Translations under genes and position numbers: made by a program | Origin: Escherichia coli | Lineage (GTDB): Bacteria > Pseudomonadota > Gammaproteobacteria > Enterobacterales > Enterobacteriaceae | Length of the DNA: 4,444 nt | Reading direction: 5' to 3' (one strand) | Assembly: GCF_003334385.1 (NCBI RefSeq) | Contig: NZ_QOWN01000085.1 | In this document: positions 1 to 4,444 of the stretch, piece by piece | How the letters are laid out: each line of letters begins with the position of its first letter | Numbering within the stretch: position 1 is the stretch's first letter | Notes under the pieces: model-generated | Told to the model about the DNA's origin: nothing | The model's database searches: none | The model's input: only the letters and a program-made list of their open reading frames with translations

Positions 1-99
1 GTTGAGGTCATGAAAATTGCTGGAGATGCCCAGCTTTCTACCCCATGCACTGACAGCATCATAAACAGCATTGCAACGGGCATTCGCATCAAAGGAGAG
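1..99 (+). CDS. 3' end of an upstream ORF that enters the window in frame 1 and stops at TGA 97-99 (partial, unknown product)
   Basis: Frame 1 is open from position 1 to TGA at 97-99, and the stop sits 4 nt before the next start codon, consistent with an operon. There is no recognisable motif in the 32 visible residues. Confidence 0.3.
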
Positions 100-103
100 T
101 GAT

Positions 104-295
104 ATGAACGGACAAATCTCAATTGTTCGACCGGGAGCATGTGACGATCGCGAGATACGAATGATTATTCGTCTGGCGATGGGGAGAACAATAACAGCTC
201 TCATTACTCCAGAAAATCTCGCATTAGCTTTAACCGGAAAGTCAGAACTGCCAGTGGAGCTAAAACTGCGAAATGTTGAGATTAAGGTGAAATAG
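104..295 (+). CDS. hypothetical small prophage protein (63 aa)
   Basis: ATG at 104 is preceded by AAGGAG (92-97) at 6-nt spacing, and the stop TAG 293-295 lies 2 nt before the next gene start. The ORF track's TTG start at 71 has no RBS and is less likely. I do not recognise the family. Confidence 0.6.
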   Translation: MNGQISIVRPGACDDREIRMIIRLAMGRTITALITPENLALALTGKSELPVELKLRNVEIKVK

Positions 296-297
296 CT

Positions 298-1098
298 ATG
301 ACCACTATTACCAAAGAACGTATTGAATTGTTCATTAAAAATCCGCTTGAAAACGGGCTTACTCGTGGCGAACAAATGGAACTGGCACGAATTGCACTGG
401 CATCACTGGAACGCGAACAGATTCGCCACGAGCATGCCAAATGGTCTGACTCCACATTTGGCTGCGTTGGCCCCATTGGTCCACTGAAACACCTCTCAAA
501 AGAGGCACTGGAAGCCGCAGCCGAACCAGACGATCTTAGCGAGTGGGCTGATATGCAGTTTCTGTTGTGGGATGCACAGCGCCGTGCTGGCATCAGCGAT
601 GCTGAAATTACCGCTGCTATGGAAGATAAATTGAAGATCAACATGGAGCGCCAGTGGCCTGAGCCAAAAGATGGTGAGCCTCGCTTGCACATTAAAGAAC
701 CCGGCAACTCTCCGGTAATTCCGGATGGTTTATCCACGGTATGCGCTGAGGCTTATCAGGTTGTAGGAGTTATGGCAGATGCGCTTGGTGTATTCGGTGA
801 TGCAGCAGTACAGAAAGTTCTGGATAACCTGTCACAGCAAAAACTTGTTCACAGAGATGTGCTGCCGTTCTCGCTTCCGGTAACTCCGGATGGTTGGATA
901 AGCTGTAGTGAGCGAATGCCGGATGATGGTCAGCACGTAATTATTTTATGTGATGGCGCATTCGTTCTTTATGCGCAATATCGAGACGGTGAGTTTTTTG
1001 ATGTAGTCCGTAATGGTGATGAATTTTTCGAAACACAGAGCCGCAATGTAACCGACTGGATGCCGTTACCAGAACCGCCGCAGGAGGTGCGCCAATGA
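298..1098 (+). CDS. prophage protein with a MazG-like NTP pyrophosphohydrolase-type N-terminus (DUF550-like) and a DUF551-like C-terminus
   Basis: This is a 266-aa ORF with ATG at 298 and a GGTG-type SD upstream. The N-terminal half has an all-alpha MazG-like pattern (EHAKWSD...GPIGPLKHLSKEALEAAAE...EWADMQFLLWDAQRRAGIS...KLKINMERQWPEP). The C-terminus (DGWISCSERMPDDGQHVIILCDG...VTDWMPLPEPP) matches the DUF551 signature as I remember it. The stop overlaps the next start as ATGA. Confidence 0.8.
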   Translation: MTTITKERIELFIKNPLENGLTRGEQMELARIALASLEREQIRHEHAKWSDSTFGCVGPIGPLKHLSKEALEAAAEPDDLSEWADMQFLLWDAQRRAGISDAEITAAMEDKLKINMERQWPEPKDGEPRLHIKEPGNSPVIPDGLSTVCAEAYQVVGVMADALGVFGDAAVQKVLDNLSQQKLVHRDVLPFSLPVTPDGWISCSERMPDDGQHVIILCDGAFVLYAQYRDGEFFDVVRNGDEFFETQSRNVTDWMPLPEPPQEVRQ

Positions 1099-1178
1099 TC
1101 TGGCCTGAAGCATTTGCAATTACAGGCGTTGCTATGGCTATCGCTTTTTTAGTATATGTTATTTGTCGGTGTGGGTAA
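1095..1178 (+). CDS. small hydrophobic peptide, 27 aa (MIWPEAFAITGVAMAIAFLVYVICRCG), putative single-pass membrane micro-protein
   Basis: A strong SD AGGAGG (1083-1088) lies 6 nt upstream of ATG 1095, and the start overlaps the upstream stop (ATGA at 1095-1098). The peptide has one hydrophobic helix-length segment and a C-terminal CRCG. The small size makes this uncertain. Confidence 0.45.
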   Translation: MIWPEAFAITGVAMAIAFLVYVICRCG

Positions 1179-1213
1179 AAGCGTTCGCCGGGATTAACAC
1201 CAAAGGAGGGAAT

Positions 1214-1318
1214 GTGTCGGATGATATCTCACTGGCAATGGAAGGTGCGCTGGCTGTTATTGCTGTTGTGGGTGTTTACTGCCTGGTTGTGTTTTTGATG
1301 GATCGACTAGGGAACTGA
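1214..1318 (+). CDS. small hydrophobic peptide, 34 aa from a GTG start (VSDDISLAMEGALAVIAVVGVYCLVVFLMDRLGN); an overlapping alternative is a 29-aa ATG-start frame at 1212..1301
   Basis: SD AAGGAGG at 1203-1209 is followed by GTG at 1214 (4-nt spacing) or ATG at 1212 (2-nt spacing). Both frames encode a hydrophobic transmembrane-like peptide. The frame and start are ambiguous. Confidence 0.35.
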   Translation: MSDDISLAMEGALAVIAVVGVYCLVVFLMDRLGN

Positions 1319-1326
1319 ATTCATTA

Positions 1327-1348
1327 CGATATGGGAATTCCCATATCG
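1327..1348. repeat. perfect 22-bp palindrome CGATATGGGAATTCCCATATCG centred on an EcoRI site
   Basis: The sequence is identical to its reverse complement across 22/22 positions. It lies between the micro-ORFs and the predicted hok promoter, and no T-tract follows it, so it is not a typical intrinsic terminator. Confidence 0.7.
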
Positions 1349-1360
1349 GGTAAAAACGGT

Positions 1361-1388
1361 TTGCGGTAAAGCGAGAGTTAAGTAGAAT
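1361..1388 (+). promoter_or_regulatory. candidate sigma70 promoter for the hok transcript (-35 TTGCGG 1361-1366, 16-bp spacer, -10 TAGAAT 1383-1388)
   Basis: The hexamers were read by eye. They are positioned a few nt upstream of the conserved hok-mRNA 5' element that begins near 1391. Confidence 0.35.
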
Positions 1389-1390
1389 TG

Positions 1391-1442
1391 CTGCGGGTGC
1401 TTGAGGCTGTCTGCCTCGGGCATGCCACCGTAAGGCAGACAG
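1391..1442 (+). promoter_or_regulatory. hok mRNA 5' leader elements: a tac-like 5' segment (1391-1406) and a 9-bp stem (1407-1415 / 1434-1442) with an 18-nt loop
   Basis: CTGTCTGCC at 1407-1415 is perfectly complementary to GGCAGACAG at 1434-1442. Segment 1392-1406 is complementary to 1769-1784 near the 3' end, pairing 15 bp with a single bulge. This matches the architecture of plasmid R1 hok mRNA (GCTTGAGGCTTTCTGCC...GGCAGAAAG) as I recall it. Confidence 0.5.
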
Positions 1443-1449
1443 AGAAAAG

Positions 1450-1516
1450 CCCCAGTTAACATTATGCGTCTTGCAGGACGCTTAACATTAATCTGAGGCC
1501 AATTTCATGCTAGTCA
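1450..1516 (-). ncRNA. sok: putative Sok-like antisense RNA (type I antitoxin) covering the upstream start codon and SD of the hok leader
   Basis: On the minus strand there is a candidate promoter: -35 TTGCCT (plus coordinates 1550-1545), 17-bp spacer, -10 TAACCT (1527-1522), predicting a start near 1514-1516. The transcript would be antisense to the ATG at 1507 and its SD, and a hairpin GCGTC-N6-GACGC lies at 1466-1481. The ends are not determinable from sequence alone. Confidence 0.35.
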
Positions 1517-1563
1517 CATGTAGGTTAGCCTCTTACACGCCGAAAGGCAAGGAGAAGCAGGCT
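1507..1563 (+). other. Mok-like upstream reading frame: ATG 1507 with SD GAGG 1495-1498, running in frame into hok (the full frame 1507..1719 would give a 70-aa N-terminally extended Hok)
   Basis: The ATG at 1507 is 57 nt (19 codons) upstream of the hok ATG and in the same frame. The other two frames across the hok start have no usable start codon (one has a stop at 1521-1523 and no ATG/GTG/TTG downstream of it, the other a TGA at 1565-1567). Confidence 0.4.
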
Positions 1564-1719
1564 ATGAAGCAGCAAAAGGCGATGTTAGTCGCCCTGATCG
1601 TCATCTGTATTACCGTCATTGTGACGGCACTGGTAACGAGGAAAGACCTCTGCGAGGTACGAATCCGAACCGGCCAGACGGAGGTCACTGTCTTCACAGC
1701 TTACGAACCTGAGGAGTAA
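1564..1719 (+). CDS. hokD: Hok/Gef-family type I toxin, 51 aa (MKQQKAMLVALIVICITVIVTALVTRKDLCEVRIRTGQTEVTVFTAYEPEE), closest to HokD/RelF
   Basis: The peptide has the Hok-family hallmark of an N-terminal transmembrane helix followed by the conserved TRKDLCEVRIRTGQTEV...FTAYEPEE periplasmic tail. It is near-identical to E. coli HokD as I recall it, though the specific paralog assignment is from memory. The SD GGAG (1551-1554) is 9 nt upstream of the ATG. Confidence 0.9.
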   Translation: MKQQKAMLVALIVICITVIVTALVTRKDLCEVRIRTGQTEVTVFTAYEPEE

Positions 1720-1787
1720 GAGACCTGGCGAGGGAGAAATCCCTCGCCACCTCTGATGAGTCAGGCATCCTCAACGCACCCGCACTT

Positions 1788-1814
1788 AACCCGCTTCGGC
1801 GGGTTTTGTTTTTT
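1788..1814 (+). terminator. rho-independent terminator of the hok transcript
   Basis: A 7-bp stem AACCCGC/GCGGGTT with loop TTCG (1788-1805) is followed by TTGTTTTTT (1806-1814). Confidence 0.7.
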
Positions 1815-1886
1815 CCTGGCATTCTGGTTTACAATTCGCACGCCAGCCTGAACAACTGGCACCTGCTGCGCCAGCAGAGACAACCG

Positions 1887-2165
1887 ATGGCGCACGATAC
1901 CAAATTATACAATTCTGATAATTCAGCCGTCTTTGCCAGCAGGCACGGGCGGCGTTCTCATGCATTCAAATCTGACAGGTTACAGCACGCCCCATGCACT
2001 GAAGAACAGGCCGAATGGCTGATTCAGAACTACCGCAGACGTGGGTATGAGTTTAGGAAAACCCTCAGCCTCGATTATCGTCACTGGATAATCTCCGTCA
2101 GGCTTCCTTACTCTGAACGCCCACCGCGTCCGTCCCGCACATTCCAGCAACGCATCTGGAGGTAA
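1887..2165 (+). CDS. hypothetical basic protein, 92 aa, in the position occupied by rem in the K-12 Qin prophage
   Basis: ATG 1887 is the only ATG in this frame, and the stop TAA 2163-2165 lies 1 nt before the GTG start of the next gene. The RBS is weak and the product is Arg-rich. The TTG-start extension to 1806 falls inside the hok terminator T-tract and is rejected. The rem assignment rests on position only. Confidence 0.4.
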   Translation: MAHDTKLYNSDNSAVFASRHGRRSHAFKSDRLQHAPCTEEQAEWLIQNYRRRGYEFRKTLSLDYRHWIISVRLPYSERPPRPSRTFQQRIWR

Positions 2166-2166
2166 C

Positions 2167-3213
2167 GTGCGGGTATTACTTCGACCTGTTCTGGTACCGG
2201 AACTCGGGCTGGTGATCGTTAAGCCGGGCCGTGAATCCATGCCGGTATTCCACAATACCCGGGTACTGGTGGAGCCGGAACCGAAAAGCATGCGTAATCT
2301 GCCGTCCGGAGTCGTTCCTGCCGTTCGACAGCCGCTGGCAGAGGATAAAACATTACTGCCATTTTTCAGCAACGAACGGGTGATTCGTGCTGCGGGTGGC
2401 GCTGGTGCACTGTCTGACTGGTTATTACGTCACGTGAAATCCTGCCAGTGGCCACACGGTGATTATCATCACAGTGAAACCGTCATACATCGTTACGGTA
2501 CCGGCGCGATGGTGTTGTGCTGGCACTGCGACAACCAGCTGCGTGACCAGACTTCCGAATCACTCGGGCAACTTGCTCACCAAAACCTGTCAGCATGGAT
2601 GATTGACGTCATACGCCATGCAATGAATGGCACGCAGGAGCGGGAATTATCGCTGGCTGAATTATCCTGGTGGGCTGCCTGCAATCAGGTGGCGGACGCG
2701 CTACCGGAGGCAGTATTGCGTCGTTCGCTGGGATTACGTGCGGAAAAAATCCGCCCGGTGTACCGCGAAAGCGACATCATACCGGGAGAACCGACCGCCA
2801 CCAGCATACTGAAGCAGCGCACAAAAAATCTTGCGCCGCTGCCTCACGCCCACCAGCAAAACCCGCCACAGGAAAAGACGGTGGTCAGCATTGCTGTTGA
2901 TCCGGAGTCTCCGGAATCTTTAATGAAGCGACCTAAACGTCGCCGTTGGGTAAATGAGAAATATACGCGCTGGGTAAAGACACAGCCGTGTGCGTGTTGT
3001 GGTAAGCCTGCTGACGATCCGCATCACCTGATTGGTCATGGTCAGGGGGGAATGGGGACAAAGGCCCACGATATTTTCACGCTACCGTTGTGCCGGGAGC
3101 ACCACAACGAACTTCATGCAGACCCGCTGGAGTTTGAGAAAAAGTACGGCTCTCAGATTGAGTTAATTTTTCGTTTTCTTGATCACGCCTTTGCGACTGG
3201 CGTGCTCGGGTAA
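2167..3213 (+). CDS. DUF968-type prophage protein (YdfU-like), 348 aa, with a C-terminal HNH-like zinc-finger nuclease motif
   Basis: GTG 2167 is preceded by GGAGG (2157-2161). The C-terminus reads PCACCGKPADDPHHLIGHG...LPLCREHHNELH, a CxxCG...HH...CxxHH pattern resembling HNH nucleases and lambda NinG/Rap. Size and position match YdfU of Qin as I recall it. Confidence 0.8.
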   Translation: MRVLLRPVLVPELGLVIVKPGRESMPVFHNTRVLVEPEPKSMRNLPSGVVPAVRQPLAEDKTLLPFFSNERVIRAAGGAGALSDWLLRHVKSCQWPHGDYHHSETVIHRYGTGAMVLCWHCDNQLRDQTSESLGQLAHQNLSAWMIDVIRHAMNGTQERELSLAELSWWAACNQVADALPEAVLRRSLGLRAEKIRPVYRESDIIPGEPTATSILKQRTKNLAPLPHAHQQNPPQEKTVVSIAVDPESPESLMKRPKRRRWVNEKYTRWVKTQPCACCGKPADDPHHLIGHGQGGMGTKAHDIFTLPLCREHHNELHADPLEFEKKYGSQIELIFRFLDHAFATGVLG

Positions 3214-3225
3214 AAGAGGTGACTG

Positions 3226-3588
3226 ATGCTCATAGATTTGGTTTTACCTTACCCGCCGACGGTGAACACTTACTGGCGACGCCGTGGCAGCACATATTTT
3301 GTATCAAAAGCCGGGGAGCGTTATCGCCGGGCAGTGGTGCTTATTGTTCGCCAGCAGCGACTGAAATTAAGCCTGTCCGGACGGCTGGCAATAAAAATTA
3401 TTGCAGAGCCACCGGATAAGCGTCGTCGTGACCTGGACAATATTCTGAAAGCACCACTGGATGCGCTGACGCACGTGGGGTTGTTAATGGACGATGAGCA
3501 GTTTGATGAAATCAATATTGTACGTGGCCAGCCAGTATCTGGTGGACGGCTGGAGATAAGAATTACAGAGGTGGGTGTGCATGAATAA
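3226..3588 (+). CDS. rusA: RusA-family Holliday junction resolvase, 120 aa
   Basis: The RBS AAGAGG (3214-3219) precedes the ATG at 3226. The protein carries the conserved RusA core (YPPTVNTYW near the N-terminus, acidic catalytic cluster DKRRRDLDNILKAPLDAL...LMDDEQF, C-terminal GGRLEIRITE), which aligns to E. coli RusA from memory. Confidence 0.88.
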   Translation: MLIDLVLPYPPTVNTYWRRRGSTYFVSKAGERYRRAVVLIVRQQRLKLSLSGRLAIKIIAEPPDKRRRDLDNILKAPLDALTHVGLLMDDEQFDEINIVRGQPVSGGRLEIRITEVGVHE

Positions 3589-4270
3589 CCAGTATTTACA
3601 GTTTGTTCGTGAGCAACTCATGATTGCCACTGCAGATCTCAGTGGGTCGACAAAATGCCAGCTGGAAGCCTGGCAGGAAAATGCCCTGTTCGATACAGGG
3701 CGTTACAGACGCAAAAAAATTCGTTACCGCGATGAGGTAACCGGAAAAATGATCACGCGGGATAATCCCCCGATCCAGGGTAAACAATCACTGGCGAAAG
3801 GCTCATCAATTGCGCTGGTCAGTCCTGTTGAGTTTGCAACATCATCGTGGCGGCGTGCCGTTCTGGAACTGGAAGAACATCAGAAGGCGTGGTTGTTGTG
3901 GTGTTATGGCGGAAACATTTGCTGGGAGCATCAGATCGCGATAACGCAGTGGGTGTGGAGTGAATTTAAAACTCAGTCCGGCTCCAGAAAAATTGCAGTG
4001 AAAACGCTGGAGCGTGTGAAGAAGTTGATCTGGCTGGCGGCACAGGATGTCAGAGGATGGGTTACCGGGTGTGAGGTCTACCAGAGACAGGAGCTTGCCA
4101 GACTGTGTGGAGTTAAGCCTGATAACTGGAGCCATAATTATGCGAACTACTGGCGTGAGATGTGCGATATTTTTAAGCGCCTCGATAGAGAATCCTTGAT
4201 TTGCTCCGTGAAAATAAGAGCGCAACAAAAAGCGACCTTTTCACGACGAGATATTGCAAAAGTCAATTAA
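3581..4270 (+). CDS. putative late-gene antiterminator (Q-like, QuuQ-type), 229 aa
   Basis: ATG 3581 follows GAGGTGG (3568-3574) and overlaps the rusA stop by 8 nt; the ORF track's GTG at 3575 is 2 codons upstream. Its position immediately after rusA and before an intergenic promoter-plus-terminator region is the canonical Q location in lambdoid phages. I cannot confirm the family by motif from memory. Confidence 0.5.
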   Translation: MNNQYLQFVREQLMIATADLSGSTKCQLEAWQENALFDTGRYRRKKIRYRDEVTGKMITRDNPPIQGKQSLAKGSSIALVSPVEFATSSWRRAVLELEEHQKAWLLWCYGGNICWEHQIAITQWVWSEFKTQSGSRKIAVKTLERVKKLIWLAAQDVRGWVTGCEVYQRQELARLCGVKPDNWSHNYANYWREMCDIFKRLDRESLICSVKIRAQQKATFSRRDIAKVN

Positions 4271-4282
4271 ATCGCGTATGTT
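4254..4282 (+). promoter_or_regulatory. candidate late promoter (pR'-like): -35 TTGCAA 4254-4259, 17-bp spacer, -10 TATGTT 4277-4282
   Basis: The hexamers were read by eye at the 3' end of the Q-like gene. A transcript from here would meet the terminator at 4332-4359 after about 50-70 nt, resembling the short terminated late leader RNAs on which Q proteins act. Confidence 0.25.
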
Positions 4283-4331
4283 TCGTATAAATCTGATATT
4301 TTGCCGATTTTGTACGTGATGGCAAAGTAAG

Positions 4332-4359
4332 AAAAAACCACCGCCAGGTGGTTTTTTTT
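4332..4359 (+). terminator. intrinsic terminator (tR'-like), possibly bidirectional
   Basis: An A6 run precedes the stem CCACC/GGTGG with loop GCCA (4338-4351), followed by T8 (4352-4359). The flanking A and T runs could extend the stem and would allow termination in both orientations. Confidence 0.75.
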
Positions 4360-4444
4360 ATGTCCGAAAATCGCGTCAGTACAGTAAACGCGCTGGTGGC
4401 GGTGAATACCTGTCTTTCAGCTTGCTGGCTTTTTCGACAAGAGT
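4360..4444 (+). CDS. 5' end of an ORF beginning immediately after the terminator (MSENRVSTVNALVAVNTCLSACWLFRQE..., partial, first late-region gene?)
   Basis: The ATG at 4360 is open to the window end (28 codons). There is no obvious SD and the start abuts the terminator T-tract, so the call is weak. The hydrophobic stretch could fit a holin-type late gene, but that is speculative. Confidence 0.2.
   Translation, partial: MSENRVSTVNALVAVNTCLSACWLFRQE

Noticed and set aside
71-103. TTG start at 71 extending the first small ORF to 74 aa
   Set aside because: There is no SD upstream of 71, whereas the ATG at 104 has AAGGAG at ideal spacing. The extension also overlaps the 3' end of the upstream frame-1 ORF.
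282-737. 151-aa minus-strand ORF (and the nested 64-aa ORF at 496..690)
   Set aside because: They lie entirely antisense to the DUF550/DUF551 gene, which has recognisable domain signatures and proper translation signals. The antisense products are low-complexity, Ser/Ala/Arg-rich with no RBS, typical of spurious frames opposite a real gene.
1806-1886. TTG start at 1806 extending the rem-position ORF to 119 aa
   Set aside because: The TTG lies inside the T-tract of the hok terminator and has no RBS. The ATG at 1887 is the only plausible start.
1980-2372. 130-aa minus-strand ORF
   Set aside because: It overlaps the end of the 92-aa ORF and the start of the DUF968 gene on the opposite strand. 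There is no RBS, and the composition is a biased mirror of the sense genes.
2627-2900. Two + strand ORFs (61 aa and 76 aa) in alternative frames
   Set aside because: Both are nested inside the DUF968 coding sequence in off frames, and their Arg/Gly-rich products are typical of out-of-frame translation of a GC-rich gene.
3219-3419. 66-aa + strand ORF overlapping the rusA start
   Set aside because: It is an alternative frame of the RusA gene. RusA's frame has the conserved catalytic motifs and an RBS, and this one has neither.
3321-4228. Minus-strand ORFs at 3321..3515, 3596..3787 and 3842..4228
   Set aside because: They are antisense to rusA and the Q-like gene, lack start signals, and disagree with the uniform + strand operon organisation.
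1-4444. CRISPR array, tRNA/rRNA genes, IS elements or integrase/att sites
   Set aside because: There are no regularly spaced direct repeats, no cloverleaf-like conserved tRNA motifs, no transposase-like ORF and no terminal inverted repeats. The window is a contiguous phage early-to-late operon segment.

Overview
This window reads as the right-arm nin-to-Q segment of a lambdoid prophage of an Escherichia/Enterobacteriaceae host, with all supported genes on the + strand. In order: the 3' end of an upstream ORF; a 63-aa hypothetical protein; a 266-aa protein with a MazG-like (DUF550-type) N-terminus and a DUF551-type C-terminus; two tiny hydrophobic peptide ORFs; a perfect 22-bp palindrome; a Hok-family type I toxin locus (HokD/RelF-like, with Hok-type mRNA leader, putative antisense Sok and terminator); a 92-aa basic ORF; a 348-aa DUF968/YdfU-like protein with an HNH-like motif; RusA Holliday-junction resolvase; a putative Q-type late antiterminator; and a strong intrinsic terminator followed by the start of another ORF. 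The points most worth follow-up are the self-contained hok locus whose upstream reading frame is in frame with hok, the two coupled micro-ORFs just upstream of it, and the DUF968 HNH-like protein sitting beside RusA. All family assignments are from motif recognition by eye and recalled reference sequences; no database search was run.
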